A DNA stretch of 64,000 bases from an uncultured Candidatus Competibacteraceae bacterium (GTDB lineage: Bacteria; Pseudomonadota; Gammaproteobacteria; Competibacterales; Competibacteraceae), in the NCBI GenBank assembly GCA_964597315.1, contig CAZQXD010000018.1:1678-65677 (forward strand), given 5' to 3'. Below are positions 28,854 through 39,658 of this stretch, piece after piece; the first letter of the stretch is position 1; each line of letters begins with the position of its first letter. The position numbers and the translations under genes are program-made. The notes below the pieces were generated by a model that was not told the DNA's origin, made no database searches, and worked only from the letters and a program-made list of their open reading frames with translations.

Positions 28854-29669
28854 ATGCAGCGCCGTCTGTTCCTCGTTGGCTTAGCTTTGTTGCCGCCGAC
28901 CCTAGCCCTGGCCGCTCCCAAAGCTGAATTGTGGCCCCGCTGGACCGCCCACGACCCCCGCTCCACCCTGAGCGTTGACCACGGTCTCTGGGACGGGTTT
29001 TTGGGCCGCTATGTGCGTGTCAGCCCCGACGGCATCAACCGGGTGGGCTATGCCGGAGTGAGGGCAGCTGACCGTCAGGCCCTGGACGCCTATCTGGGGA
29101 CCTTGCAACAAACCCCGGTCAGCCGCCTAGCCCGAACCCCGCAGCGGGCCTTTTGGATCAACTTGTATAACGCCCTAACCGTACAAGTCATATTGGACCA
29201 TTACCCGGTGCGCGGCATCCGCGATATCGATATTTCCGGCTTTTTCGCCGACGGCCCTTGGGGTAAAAAGTTGGTGACGGTGGAGGGCGAAGCCCTCAGC
29301 TTGGACGATATCGAGCACCGCATCCTGCGGCCCCTTTGGCAGGACCCTCGCACCCATTACGCCGTCAACTGCGCCTCCCTGGGCTGCCCCAATTTGCAGG
29401 CCCGGGCCTATACCCCCGAGAACCTGGAAGGTTTGCTGGAAAAAGGCGCCCGAGACTATATCAACCATCCCCGGGGCGTCCAGGTGCGGGACGGTCGACT
29501 GATCGTGTCCAGTCTCTATGCCTGGTTCCAGGCCGATTTCGGAGGCGACGAGACCGGGGTGATAGAGCATTTGCGCCAGTACGCGGCCCCGGAATTACGC
29601 CGTCGATTGGAGACGGTAAGTCACATTGACGATGACGCCTATGATTGGTCCCTGAATGACTATCGTTGA
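28854..29669 (+). CDS. DUF547 domain-containing protein (secreted)
   Basis: Signal peptide MQRRLFLVGLALLPPTLALAAP. The core is ...RAFWINLYNALTVQVILDHYP...LSLDDIEHRILRP...DPRTHYAVNCASLGCPNL... GGAGA lies before the ATG at 28854. Confidence 0.8.
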   Translation: MQRRLFLVGLALLPPTLALAAPKAELWPRWTAHDPRSTLSVDHGLWDGFLGRYVRVSPDGINRVGYAGVRAADRQALDAYLGTLQQTPVSRLARTPQRAFWINLYNALTVQVILDHYPVRGIRDIDISGFFADGPWGKKLVTVEGEALSLDDIEHRILRPLWQDPRTHYAVNCASLGCPNLQARAYTPENLEGLLEKGARDYINHPRGVQVRDGRLIVSSLYAWFQADFGGDETGVIEHLRQYAAPELRRRLETVSHIDDDAYDWSLNDYR

Positions 29670-29710
29670 ATCCAGCGGCGCCATGGCCCGCCGGTTCGCC
29701 CTGCTGTGGC

Positions 29711-30790
29711 TTACCGCGTTGGCATTAGTCCGCACTGGCGCAGCACCACCTGCCAGGCTTGGGTATGGCGCTGGGTGGCCCGCCGGAAACGCTGCCAGAG
29801 TCCGGTCTGCGTATCCATGGCCAGCATTCGTGCGTGATAGACGGCGAAACTCGGGGGCGGTTCCACGTTTTGCATGTGGATCAACCCATTGATGGCCGTT
29901 AGCCAGGCTTCCCCTTGGCGGTGGACCTGGGAGAGATAAGGCCGCACCCGACCGGCGTAAAACTTGACGAACACCGTATGCAGAATTCGGCCCCGCTCGC
30001 TGGGCTGCTGACGAAAACAAACCGGCCGCGTGTCAACCGCCGCCTCCAGGGCTGCCGCCGCCCGCTCCAGGGTATCGCTGAGCAGGGCCAAGGCATGCAA
30101 CAGCCGACCGCCGTATTGCTGTAACTGCAAGGTGTAGTACTGGGATTCCAGGTCTTCTAGGGAGAGTGTCAGCGTCGGTTCTCCCAGCCGTCGGCCCAGG
30201 CTGTTGAAATAGTTTAATGCCTGTAGGGAATTAACAAAGGCGGTGTCCTCCGCCGGTTCCAGGGGGGGTACCGCCAGGCTGAAGGCTTTTTGCATCTCCG
30301 GGCTAGCGAGGGTGGCGTTCCAGAAGACCCGGGCCAGGTTGTCCGCCTTGATGGCGATGATCTGATCCAGTTCCATCAGCAACTCCGGGTCCGGGGCGGG
30401 TTCGGCGGCCAGTCGGGCACGGCAGGCGGTGGCGCTTTGTAGAAACCGCAACTCGTAATCCAGTCGTCGAGAGATGGGCATGACGCGGCCCAGAATGCTG
30501 TTGCGCTCGCTAATGACGCTGAACAACTCGCAACCATGAAGCTGAAAAAACCTGACAATACCCAGGCGCAGGTCCGCCAGGGGCAGGGAACGCTCCCGAG
30601 GGGAAGGGTAGACGGCCAGAATCGGCGGATCGGCGGCGGACCCATGCGCGCCGGAGGCGTTGCCTACCCGGTACACGTAGTCTTCCAGCAGACCTTCGGG
30701 CGATTGGGCAGCGCCGCAGCCGCCGGCCAGAACGACTGCCAGGGGCAGCAACCACGAAGAGCGGAACCAAGGGGGAAATACAGGGCGCAT
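29711..30790 (-). CDS. Putative lipoprotein (DUF3080-like)
   Basis: MRPVFPPWFRSSWLLPLAVVLAGGCGAAQSPEGLLEDYVYRVGN... has lipobox LAGGC. The DUF3080 assignment is from memory of the family pattern only. Confidence 0.5.
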   Translation of the reverse strand: MRPVFPPWFRSSWLLPLAVVLAGGCGAAQSPEGLLEDYVYRVGNASGAHGSAADPPILAVYPSPRERSLPLADLRLGIVRFFQLHGCELFSVISERNSILGRVMPISRRLDYELRFLQSATACRARLAAEPAPDPELLMELDQIIAIKADNLARVFWNATLASPEMQKAFSLAVPPLEPAEDTAFVNSLQALNYFNSLGRRLGEPTLTLSLEDLESQYYTLQLQQYGGRLLHALALLSDTLERAAAALEAAVDTRPVCFRQQPSERGRILHTVFVKFYAGRVRPYLSQVHRQGEAWLTAINGLIHMQNVEPPPSFAVYHARMLAMDTQTGLWQRFRRATQRHTQAWQVVLRQCGLMPTR

Positions 30791-31029
30791 GATGTGCTGA
30801 AACCGAGCCTGATAGAGGTGACGGTTGCTTTGACCCAACCTGGGAACAATGGTGCGCTGCCAGCCGGGCGATTGTAGATCCTACATAGACGCTGCCACTG
30901 GAAGCCGTTAAGGTTCGCCATTGGTCGAGAAATAAAACCGCAACCATATGAAACTAATAAGTTAAATAAAATGGCCCGTGGTTTGCATAAAGTGTTGGCC
31001 AGTGTTTTTTCAACGCCCTTGGAGTTCCC

Positions 31030-31395
31030 ATGAAAAAAGCCTTGTTCTTGAGTACCGTGCTGTTGGTCGCCACACCGCCCCTGGTCTTGGCCGCCGATGC
31101 CGCCGAGCCTGAAAAGCCGGATTATACGGCCCAGGATACTGATCCCCTGGGGGCCACCCCCCGCCCTGGTATCAATGTAGATACCGAACTCCAGGCCGGA
31201 CAAGCCGCCGATACGGATGCCTCCCCGGATTACCAAGGTGATGCAACCGACCCCCAAGGGGTCACCCCTCGCCCTGGTGTCAATGTGGATATGGAGCCTC
31301 CCCAGGACGTCGAGTCGGCTATCGACCCATTAGGTAGCCCAGCCGACCCGGATACCAGCATCAGTACCGGCACCGGCGCTGGCGCCGGGGGTTGA
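31030..31395 (+). CDS. Small acidic Pro/Asp-rich secreted protein with an internal duplication
   Basis: Signal peptide MKKALFLSTVLLVATPPLVLA. Repeats are PDYTAQDTDPLGATPRPGINVD and PDYQGDATDPQGVTPRPGVNVD. Gly/Ala tail. Confidence 0.5.
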   Translation: MKKALFLSTVLLVATPPLVLAADAAEPEKPDYTAQDTDPLGATPRPGINVDTELQAGQAADTDASPDYQGDATDPQGVTPRPGVNVDMEPPQDVESAIDPLGSPADPDTSISTGTGAGAGG

Positions 31396-31617
31396 AGGAG
31401 CGGGACAATCGACTTCCCATCACGGCCGCCGGTTCCTCCGGCGGCTCCCTCCCGCCTCCCGGACTGCAAATAGCGTGGGCAAAAACTGCACCGCGACTGC
31501 GCGATTGAACTATTTTTAAAGCGGGTCCTTGGCGCCCCTGGATATAAAAACCACACCGTAAATTGCCTAAGTCAGCATGATTTTCAATACTTCCACCTCG
31601 GGTTTAGGAGGATACGC

Positions 31618-33603
31618 ATGATGCGCGGTAAACGCTGTTATCTCAGCTTCTGCATTCTATCGATCTTGGCCAGTAGCGCCGTCTCCCAGGAACAAGCCGT
31701 TTCTCCAGAACAAGCCGTTTCCCAGGAACAAGCCGTTTCCCAGGAACAAGCCGTTTCCCAGGAGCAGGCCGGTGCCGCGCAGGCCGGTGCCGCGCAGGCC
31801 GGTGCCGCGCAGGCCGGTGACGCGCAGGCCGGTGCCGCGCAGGCCGGTGACGCGCAGGCCGGTGACGAGGCCGCCGAACAATTGAATGCCCTACGGGGCG
31901 AGCTGGAACAGGCCCGCCAGGACAATCAAAGCCTCCAAGCCCAGGTGGAGGAAGCACAAGGCAAACTGGAGGCGGCGGGTGTCCAGAGCGAAACCAGGAC
32001 CGCCGAGCTGGAGCAGCGCATCCAGACCCTGGAAGCCGAGCGCACCGCCCTAGAGACGGAGCGGGAAGCCGCCCAAGCCGAAGCCGAGAGTCTACGTGGC
32101 GAACAGGAGGTGGCTCGGGCAGAGGCCCGGATGATGCATGAGGAGCAGGATGCCCGCTTGCGGGAACTGGAGAACGCCAACGCCGCTTTGATCGAGGAAC
32201 GGGACCGCCTGCAAACCGAACTGGATACAGCCCGTCAGCAAGGGGAGCAGGCCAGCGCCCAACTCCAGTCCGCCCAAGCCGAGTTGGATACAGCCCGTCA
32301 GCAAGGGGAGCAGGCCAGCACCCAGCTCCAGTCCGTCCAAGCCGAGTTGGATACAGCCCGTCAGCAAGGGGAGCAGGCCAGCGCCCAACTCCAGTCCGTC
32401 CAAGCCGAGTTGGATACAGCCCGTCAGCAAGGGGAGCAGGCCAGCGCCCAGCTCCAGTCCGTCCAAGCCGAGTTGGACACCTTGCGCCAGGCCGGCGAGG
32501 ACGCCCAAAGCCAGGGGCAGGCGCTGCAAGCCCGGGTGGCCGAGTTGGAAGCTCAGTTGCAAGAGGTGGCGCAGGCGCGGGATACGGTCCAGTCCCGGTT
32601 GGAGGACTTGGCCCAGTCCAATGCCGATCTTGCCCAGGAGCGGGATACTCTCGCCAACCAACTCGGCGATATGCGCCAGACCGTGGGTGACGCCCATGCC
32701 GAGGTGCAGGATTTGCAGAATAACCTCAAATCCGCCCAAGAGCGGGTTTCAGCATTGGAGCAAGACCTGGACGCCACCCGCCAAGCCCAGGACGCCGCAG
32801 AGCAGGCCCGCCAGGATTTAGCTCAGCAACTGGCGGACAGCAACGCCCAACTGGAACAGGCTCAGGTGGAGCGGGTCAAGCTGGACGGAGAGTTGGCCGA
32901 ACTGGCTAAACAGCGGGATGCGCTTTCCGCCGAGCGGGACCAGTTACAGAGCCAAGTAGACGGTGAGTTGTCCGAGCTGACTCAACAACGGGACGCCCTG
33001 ACCGCCGAGCGGGATGAATTGCAGGCCCGGTTGGAGGAGGCAGCGGCGGCCCGGGATGAAGCCAGTCAATCCCTGGAAGCCAGCCGGGTCAATCTTGGAG
33101 AGCGGGACCAGGAACTGGAGGCTTTGCGCCAGGAGCGCACCGACTTGGCGAGCCAGCTTGAGGCTATACAGCAGGATCGGGACGAACAGGATCGGCGGGC
33201 GACCGAGGTCCAGGGGCAGGCCGATACCCTGAGCGCGGAACGGGATAGCCTGCAACAACAGCTACAGGCGCAATCTGGGGAAGTGGATACCCTCAATCAG
33301 TCTCTGGCCCAGGCGCGGGAACAAATCGCGGACCTGGAATCCACCCTGGCGGCTACCCGACAGCAGCTTGGGAGTATGCTGGAAACCACTCGCGGCCAGC
33401 TCGACGCGGCCCAGGCCGAGGCCGAACAATACGCCGGGGCCCGTGGCAGTTACACGGTGCAGCGGGGCGATAGTCTGTCCTCCATCGCCGTGAAGTTCTA
33501 CAAGGACAGCATGCAATGGACCCGGATCTTCGAGGCCAACCAAGAGACCCTTCCCAACCCCGACCTGTTGGAACCGGGCGTCCGGTTGATTATTCCTCAA
33601 TAA
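31618..33603 (+). CDS. Long coiled-coil protein with N-terminal signal/anchor, tandem peptide repeats and a C-terminal LysM domain
   Basis: AGGAGG RBS. The N-terminus is hydrophobic. About 550 aa are Q/E/A/L-rich heptad-like sequence. The C-terminus [50 protein letters not shown] is a canonical LysM. Confidence 0.8.
   Translation: MMRGKRCYLSFCILSILASSAVSQEQAVSPEQAVSQEQAVSQEQAVSQEQAGAAQAGAAQAGAAQAGDAQAGAAQAGDAQAGDEAAEQLNALRGELEQARQDNQSLQAQVEEAQGKLEAAGVQSETRTAELEQRIQTLEAERTALETEREAAQAEAESLRGEQEVARAEARMMHEEQDARLRELENANAALIEERDRLQTELDTARQQGEQASAQLQSAQAELDTARQQGEQASTQLQSVQAELDTARQQGEQASAQLQSVQAELDTARQQGEQASAQLQSVQAELDTLRQAGEDAQSQGQALQARVAELEAQLQEVAQARDTVQSRLEDLAQSNADLAQERDTLANQLGDMRQTVGDAHAEVQDLQNNLKSAQERVSALEQDLDATRQAQDAAEQARQDLAQQLADSNAQLEQAQVERVKLDGELAELAKQRDALSAERDQLQSQVDGELSELTQQRDALTAERDELQARLEEAAAARDEASQSLEASRVNLGERDQELEALRQERTDLASQLEAIQQDRDEQDRRATEVQGQADTLSAERDSLQQQLQAQSGEVDTLNQSLAQAREQIADLESTLAATRQQLGSMLETTRGQLDAAQAEAEQYAGARGSYTVQRGDSLSSIAVKFYKDSMQWTRIFEANQETLPNPDLLEPGVRLIIPQ
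31687..31758 (+). repeat. 18-bp in-frame tandem repeat x4 (caggaacaagccgtttcc; QEQAVS)
   Basis: Read directly from the sequence. The copies are near-perfect. Confidence 0.9.
31765..31866 (+). repeat. 15-bp in-frame tandem repeat, about 6.8 copies (gcgcaggccggtgcc/ggtgac; AQAG[A/D])
   Basis: Read directly from the sequence. Confidence 0.9.
32218..32484 (+). repeat. 63-bp in-frame tandem repeat, about 4.2 copies ([21 protein letters not shown])
   Basis: Copies start at 32218, 32281, 32344 and 32407, with a partial copy at 32470. They differ by only 1-3 nt. Confidence 0.9.
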
Positions 33604-33609
33604 GCTCAC

Positions 33610-33640
33610 GCCCCGGCCAGGTGATAGACCTGGCCGGGGC
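33610..33640. terminator. 12-bp GC-rich hairpin between the convergent LysM gene and gdhB (likely bidirectional terminator)
   Basis: Stem gccccggccagg / cctggccggggc with a 7-nt loop. No clear U-tract on either side. Confidence 0.55.
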
Positions 33641-33678
33641 CGTCTGATAGGGCTATTGCGCCACGCCCTGGCGGCGGA

Positions 33679-36600
33679 TCAATCCCCCTGTAAAAGCCCC
33701 CCCGTCTCCCGAAGAGCCACCGACAGCATGGCCAGATCCGGCTGACCGGCAGAGCCTAGATCGGCGAACAGGCTTTGCACTCGCTCCAGCCCGACCCGGT
33801 TGCGCTCCAGCCAAGCATCGAGCCGGGCCTTCGGCTCCTGGTCGGTATCGGTCTGGCGCAGCACGGTGGCGGCCAGTCCCCGTTGCTGTTCATAGAGGTT
33901 ATTGAGCAGCGCCGCCTTGGCCTGATCCTGCCAATGGTTGGCGGCGGGCAGGTCGATGATGGCTCGGTGCAGCCAGTTCAGACGCAGTCGGCTGACCGCT
34001 CCGAAGTAGACCTGGGTCACGGCCTCCACAGACAGTTCCGCCTGGTTGGCCACCTCGATAATGTCCAGCGCCGAGTACAGCTTGTTCAGGCTGGCCACCC
34101 ACTGGGCGAGTTCTTCCGGCACGCCGGTCTCGGTGAGGGTGCTGATCTCCCGGCCCATGGCCTCGGCCTCCTGGGGGGGCAGCAGTCCCGGCAGTTCGTC
34201 GGCCAATCGGGTGATGCCGCCCCCGAACTGATCCACCGTCGCCTGAATATCCAGGGGGGGGCGGCGGTTGCGAAGCAGCCACAAGGAGGCTCGTTCGATT
34301 AGGTGACGGCTGGCGAAGTTCATATCGATCTGGACCTTGGCCGGGACTTGATTGTCCAGGGCTTCGATGTTGGCCCATAGCTCCCTGGCCCGGTACATCT
34401 CCCGGGCTGCGGCATAGGCTCGGGCGATGTCCGGGGCCGATTCGCCGGTGTCCTTGAGCTTGAACACGAACACGCTGCCCATGCGGTTGAGCATGCTGTT
34501 GGTGATATAGGTAGTGATGATTTCCTTGCGCAGCCGATGACTCTCCATGGCCGGCGCGAAGCGGGGAGAGAGTCGGGGCGGAAAGTACTGGGCCAGCTCT
34601 TTTTGCAGATAGGGGTCGTTGGGGATGTCGGAGTTGACCAGTTCCTCGAACAGGGTGATTTTACTGTAAGCCAGCAGCACAGCCAGTTCCGGGCGGCACA
34701 GCCCCTCCTTGGCCGCCTCCCGCTCGGATAGCTCTTCATCCGAGGGCAGGTACTCGATTTCCCGGTTGAGCTTGCCCGCTTTCTCCAGGCGGCGGATGAC
34801 CCGGGCGTGTTCCCCCAGCATTTGGCCCGCGCGGCTGGCGGTGGCGCTGATGGCCTGGGTTTGTAGGTAGTTGTGGCGCAGCACCAGGTCGGCCACCTCG
34901 TCGGTCATATCCGCCAGCAACTGGTTGCGCTGCTTGAGGGTCATATCCCCGGCGTCCACGGCCTGGTTGAGGAGGATCTTGATATTGACCTCGTGGTCGG
35001 AGCTGTCCACGCCCCCGGAATTGTCGATAGCGTCGGTGTAGATATGTCCACCCCGGCGGGCGAACTCGATGCGTCCGAGCTGGGTGAAGCCCAGATTGCC
35101 CCCTTCCCCCATCACCTTGCAGCGCAGATCCCGGCCATTGACCCGCACCGCGTCGTTGGCCCGGTCTCCCGCGTCGCCATGGGTTTCATGGGCGGCCTTG
35201 ACATAGGTGCCGATGCCGCCGTTCCAGAGCAGCTCCACCGGGGCTTTGAGAATCTGGTGGATCAGTTCGTTGGGGGTGAGTTTTTCGGCCTGGATGCCCA
35301 AGGCCTCTCGGGCCTCGGCGCTCAGAGTGATGGACTTCAGGCTACGGGCATAGATGCCGCCACCCTTGGAGATCAGGTCTTTGTTGTAGTCCTCCCAGGT
35401 GGAACGGGACAGTTTGAACATTCGCTCCCGTTCCACATAGGTGGTCTCCGGGTCCGGGTTGGGATCAATGAAGATATGCAAATGGTTGAAAGCCGCCAGC
35501 AGCTTGATATGTCGGGACAGCAACATGCCGTTACCGAACACATCCCCGCCCATGTCGCCGATGCCCACCACGGTGAAATCCTCGGCCTGGATGTTCTTGC
35601 CCAGTTCCCGGAAATGGCGCTTCACCGACTCCCAGGCGCCTCGGGCGGTAATGCCCATTTTTTTGTGGTCGTAACCCGCCGAGCCGCCAGAGGCGAAGGC
35701 GTCCCCCAGCCAGAAACCGTAGTTGATGGCGATGCTGTTGGCCAGATCCGAGAAGGTGGCCGTCCCCTTGTCCGCAGCCACCACCAGATAAGGATCATCA
35801 TCGTCGTAGCGCACCACCCGGGGCGGCGGCACCACCTGGCCGCCCACCAGGTTGTCGGTGATATCCAACATGCCGCTGATAAAGCTGGTGTAGCAATGCA
35901 CGACCTCTTGCTGCAACGCTTCCCGGCCACCGGTCTGGGGCGGGCGCTTGAGTACGAAACCGCCCTTGGAACCCACCGGCACGATCACCGCGTTTTTGAC
36001 CATCTGAGCCTTCATCAGGCCCAGCACCTCGGTGCGAAAGTCCTCCCGCCGGTCCGACCAGCGCAGCCCGCCCCGGGCTACCGGGCCGCCCCGTAGATGA
36101 ATGCCCTCGGTGCGTGGGGAATAGACGAAAATCTCGAACATGGGCAGGGGTAGAGGCATCTCCGGGATGCGCGCCGGGTCGAATTTAAAGGACAGATATT
36201 CCTTGGCTCGTCCGTCCTCGGTGACCTGGAAGAAATTGGTGCGCAACGTGGCCTGGAGTACCGCGAAGAAGCGGCGAATAATGCGGTCCTCATCCAGATT
36301 GCTCACCTGGTCCAGGGCTTCTTCGATGTTCACTCCCAAGGCCGTGGTGCGTCGGCCCGAGTCCCCCTGGGCCAGGTCGGGGTCAAAGCGGGCATGGAAC
36401 AACTCCGCCAACATGCGGGTGATATGGGGGTGGTTGTTCAGGGCCTGTTCCATATAAGCCTGACTGAATGGGGCGCGGGTCTGGAGCAGGTATTTGCAGT
36501 AGGCCCGCAGCATCACCACATCCCGCCAGTCCAGGCTGGCGGCTAGCACCAGTCGGCTGAAGCCGTCGTTCTCCATATCGCCGCCGCGGATTCGGGCGAA

Positions 36601-38514
36601 AGCCTCCTGGAAAATTTCCCGCACCTGAGCCACCTCCACCCGGATGCCATGGTCCTCCTTGAGGTCGAAATCCAGAATCCACAACCAGCGCCCATCGGAC
36701 AGCTCCAGTTCATAGGGCCGGGCGGTGAGTACCCTCAAGCCCAGTTTTTCCAGCATGGGCAGAGCATCGGACAGGGGCATGGCCTGCTCGCGACCGAACA
36801 CTTTGAAGCTCAGTCGCTCCTCCGGGTCCTCCAGAGGCCGATACAGGTGCATTTCCAGGGGGTTGTCGGGGCCGAGCTTTTCCAGGCGCAGGATATCCCG
36901 CACCGCAGTGCGGGCGCTGAAATCTTCCCGATAACCGGCAGGAAAAGCCTGTCCGTAGAGGTTGAACAGGGCATTGCTCGACTCCTCGCCCACCTGTTCC
37001 AGTAGCTCATGTTCCAGGCGGTCGGCCCAGGACAGCATCGCCTCCCGCAGTTTGGTCTCAATCTCCGGGACGGAATAATCGGGAATCTGACCGGGCTGGG
37101 TGTAGACGGTGATCAGCACCCGGGCCAGCACGGTTTCGGAGAAATGCACCGCAAACTCAGAGCCGGTGCCGTTGAAAGCCTCCATCAGAATGCTCTGCAT
37201 CCGGATACGCAGTTCGGTGTTGTAGCGTTCCCTGGGCACGTAGACCAGGCAGGAGAAGAAGCGCTCGAAGGCGTCCTGACGCACCAGCAGCCGCAGCCGC
37301 TGGCGCTCCTCCAGGTGCAAAATGCCCAGAGCGATGTCGTGGAGTTCGGCCACCGTGGCTTGGAACAGTTCATCCCGGGGGAAAGTATCCAGAATATGTT
37401 GCAGGGCCTTGCCCGTATGGCTGACCGGCGCCAGGTTGGCGCGCTTGAGTACGTTCTTGATCTTGGATCGCAGCAGGGGGATATGACGGGGGTTGAGGCT
37501 GTAAGCCAGAGAGGTATACAAACCCAGGAGCCGCCACTCGCCGATGACCTTGCCCTGGTCGTCAAAGCGCTTGATACCGATGTAGTCTAGATGAGCGGGG
37601 CGGTGTACCGTGGAGCGGGTGTTGGCCTTGGTGAGGATCATAATCTGGGGGCTGACCGCCAACTCCCGTTGCCGCTCGGAGATGATGGTGGTGTGTTGGG
37701 CCGCGTGGTGGATATTCTCGTCGCGCAGAATGCCCAGGCCCGACGCCTTATCGGCCTGGAGCGTCAGTTGCTCATCTTCGACGATCAGATCGTAGCGGCG
37801 GCTACCCAGCAGGGTGAAATGGTTATCCAATACCCAGTTCAGATAATCTTGGGCTTCCTTGATCTCTTCCTCGTCGGCGGGCAGCTTGGCGGGGTCCAGG
37901 CCCTGGATGATCTCCAGCAGCCGCTGGCGCATGGGCTGCCAGTCCTCCACCGCCGCCCGCACATCCCCCAGCACCCGGAGCAGGTCGCTTTTGAGACCGT
38001 CCAGCACCTTGGGATCGGTTTGGTTGTCCACTTCAAAGTGCATGACAGCTTCGGCGATGGCGGTTTCGCTGTCCGCGTCTTCAGACACGAGTTCCAGTAA
38101 CCGGCCCTTGTCGTCCCGGGCCACCTTCAGCACCGGATGGATGATCCGGTGCAAGGTCAAGCTGTGGCGGTTCAACTCCATGCTCATGGAGTCCACCAGG
38201 AACGGCATATCGTCGGTGACGATTTCCACCACGGTGTGGGTGGACTGCCAACCGTGTTCGTCGTAGGTGGGGTTATAGACTCGGATGGTGGGTTTACCGG
38301 GGCTACGCTGGCGCATGAAATTCCAGTGGGCCAGCACGGCGCCGTAGAGGTCTTCCCAGTCCGTCTCTAACAGGTCTTCGGGGGCCACATCTCTATAGTA
38401 CTGATGGGTGAACAGCGCCGCCATGGCTCCGGTGGGTTCGGGCAGCCGCTCCTTCACAGTCCTGGTGATCTTGTCAATTAGCTGGGATTTTTTCTCAACC
38501 TGCGTCGTGGGCAT
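33679..38514 (-). CDS. gdhB: Large NAD-specific glutamate dehydrogenase (about 180 kDa GdhB type)
   Basis: Single 1611-aa ORF. Its size and conserved central catalytic region (...VPVGSKGGFVLK...DKGTATFSD.AN...) are typical of Bac_GDH. Confidence 0.93.
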   Translation of the reverse strand: MPTTQVEKKSQLIDKITRTVKERLPEPTGAMAALFTHQYYRDVAPEDLLETDWEDLYGAVLAHWNFMRQRSPGKPTIRVYNPTYDEHGWQSTHTVVEIVTDDMPFLVDSMSMELNRHSLTLHRIIHPVLKVARDDKGRLLELVSEDADSETAIAEAVMHFEVDNQTDPKVLDGLKSDLLRVLGDVRAAVEDWQPMRQRLLEIIQGLDPAKLPADEEEIKEAQDYLNWVLDNHFTLLGSRRYDLIVEDEQLTLQADKASGLGILRDENIHHAAQHTTIISERQRELAVSPQIMILTKANTRSTVHRPAHLDYIGIKRFDDQGKVIGEWRLLGLYTSLAYSLNPRHIPLLRSKIKNVLKRANLAPVSHTGKALQHILDTFPRDELFQATVAELHDIALGILHLEERQRLRLLVRQDAFERFFSCLVYVPRERYNTELRIRMQSILMEAFNGTGSEFAVHFSETVLARVLITVYTQPGQIPDYSVPEIETKLREAMLSWADRLEHELLEQVGEESSNALFNLYGQAFPAGYREDFSARTAVRDILRLEKLGPDNPLEMHLYRPLEDPEERLSFKVFGREQAMPLSDALPMLEKLGLRVLTARPYELELSDGRWLWILDFDLKEDHGIRVEVAQVREIFQEAFARIRGGDMENDGFSRLVLAASLDWRDVVMLRAYCKYLLQTRAPFSQAYMEQALNNHPHITRMLAELFHARFDPDLAQGDSGRRTTALGVNIEEALDQVSNLDEDRIIRRFFAVLQATLRTNFFQVTEDGRAKEYLSFKFDPARIPEMPLPLPMFEIFVYSPRTEGIHLRGGPVARGGLRWSDRREDFRTEVLGLMKAQMVKNAVIVPVGSKGGFVLKRPPQTGGREALQQEVVHCYTSFISGMLDITDNLVGGQVVPPPRVVRYDDDDPYLVVAADKGTATFSDLANSIAINYGFWLGDAFASGGSAGYDHKKMGITARGAWESVKRHFRELGKNIQAEDFTVVGIGDMGGDVFGNGMLLSRHIKLLAAFNHLHIFIDPNPDPETTYVERERMFKLSRSTWEDYNKDLISKGGGIYARSLKSITLSAEAREALGIQAEKLTPNELIHQILKAPVELLWNGGIGTYVKAAHETHGDAGDRANDAVRVNGRDLRCKVMGEGGNLGFTQLGRIEFARRGGHIYTDAIDNSGGVDSSDHEVNIKILLNQAVDAGDMTLKQRNQLLADMTDEVADLVLRHNYLQTQAISATASRAGQMLGEHARVIRRLEKAGKLNREIEYLPSDEELSEREAAKEGLCRPELAVLLAYSKITLFEELVNSDIPNDPYLQKELAQYFPPRLSPRFAPAMESHRLRKEIITTYITNSMLNRMGSVFVFKLKDTGESAPDIARAYAAAREMYRARELWANIEALDNQVPAKVQIDMNFASRHLIERASLWLLRNRRPPLDIQATVDQFGGGITRLADELPGLLPPQEAEAMGREISTLTETGVPEELAQWVASLNKLYSALDIIEVANQAELSVEAVTQVYFGAVSRLRLNWLHRAIIDLPAANHWQDQAKAALLNNLYEQQRGLAATVLRQTDTDQEPKARLDAWLERNRVGLERVQSLFADLGSAGQPDLAMLSVALRETGGLLQGD

Positions 38515-38754
38515 GCTTTACCCTCCCCGGCGTGTTTGGTGGCTTTTGTCGGTGGTTATGCGGTTTCACAAGTCTAGACGAGGATTGCCGGAAGGTGCCC
38601 CAAAGGAGTGCGGGTGGGGTTAAGTCCCACATTCTCGAATCTGACGGAGTTACTGTCGGCCCCCCCACCCATAGGTTTAGAGAACCGGGGCAGGCAGGAG
38701 GGCGGCGCGCTCGCCTTCAGCACCCTGATGGCGGAGGCTCGTGGCTCATGCTGG

Positions 38755-39657
38755 TTAGGCGAGCAGCCGGTCCCGGGCCTCTCGGTATTTTGCGGCGGTC
38801 TGCTCGATAATCTCTGGGGGCAGCCGTGGCCCCGGCGGGGTCTTGTCCCAGTCCAGGGTGTTCAGAAAATCGCGTACGAATTGCTTGTCGAAGCTGGAGG
38901 GGTTGCGCCCTGGCCGCCAGGTGTCGGCTGGCCAGAAGCGGGATGAGTCGGGAGTCAGGGCTTCGTCCATCAACACCAAGTCGCCGGACTCGTCCAGCCC
39001 AAACTCAAACTTGGTATCGGCGATGATAATGCCCCGTTCAGCGGCATGGGCGGCGGCCTCACGGTATAGGCGCAGGCTCACCTCCCGCACTTGGGACGCC
39101 AGTTCCGCGCCTAACAGTGTCTCGGTATGGGCGAAATCCACATTCTCGTCGTGGTCTCCTAGGGCGGCCTTGGTGGAGGGGGTGTAGATAGGCTCGGGCA
39201 ACCGATCGGCAAGCCTCAGACCGGGGGGCAGGGAGATGCCGCAGACCTGGCCTGAGGCTTGATAGTCCTTCCAACCGGAGCCGATCAGATAGCCCCTGAC
39301 GATGGCCTCCACCGGCAGACCCCGCAACCGCCGGGCCACCACCGCTCGACCCCGCACTCGGTCCTGTTCGGTGGCATCGGGCAGGGCCTGTTCCAGGTCC
39401 AGCCGGGCCAGGTCCAGGTGATTGGGGACGATGGAGTGGGTTCGGGCAAACCAGAAATTGGATACGGTGGTGAGCACCGCTCCCTTGCCGGGGATGGCAT
39501 CGGGCAGCACCACATCAAAAGCGGACAGCCGGTCGGTGGCGACGATCAGGATATGCTGGTCGTCCACCCCATAGACATCCCGTACCTTGCCACGATAGAC
39601 CAGGGGCAGGGCGTGGAGATCGGAATCAGCGAGTAGGGTAGGAGAGGGCATGGGCAT
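38755..39657 (-). CDS. purC: Phosphoribosylaminoimidazole-succinocarboxamide synthase (long form)
   Basis: ...[45 protein letters not shown]... is the typical SAICAR synthase N-terminus. Confidence 0.93.
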   Translation of the reverse strand: MPMPSPTLLADSDLHALPLVYRGKVRDVYGVDDQHILIVATDRLSAFDVVLPDAIPGKGAVLTTVSNFWFARTHSIVPNHLDLARLDLEQALPDATEQDRVRGRAVVARRLRGLPVEAIVRGYLIGSGWKDYQASGQVCGISLPPGLRLADRLPEPIYTPSTKAALGDHDENVDFAHTETLLGAELASQVREVSLRLYREAAAHAAERGIIIADTKFEFGLDESGDLVLMDEALTPDSSRFWPADTWRPGRNPSSFDKQFVRDFLNTLDWDKTPPGPRLPPEIIEQTAAKYREARDRLLA

Positions 39658-39658
39658 A

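Noticed and set aside
31687-32484. Regularly spaced direct repeats, considered as a possible CRISPR array.
   Set aside because: The repeats are contiguous tandem units (18, 15 and 63 bp) with no unique spacers. They are in frame within a well-supported coding sequence. No cas genes are present.
34873-36096. A 407-aa ORF antisense to gdhB. Many other long antisense or alternative-frame ORFs appear in the track, for example 5072..6190, 4098..4991, 26408..27211, 43915..44916, 41558..42376, 61733..62704, 19367..20032 and 46163..46951.
   Set aside because: They lie entirely inside, and opposite to or out of frame with, genes that have strong family signatures. Their translations are Gly/Arg/Pro/Ala-rich low-complexity sequence of the kind GC-rich DNA produces when stop codons are rare. 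None has a convincing RBS or motif.
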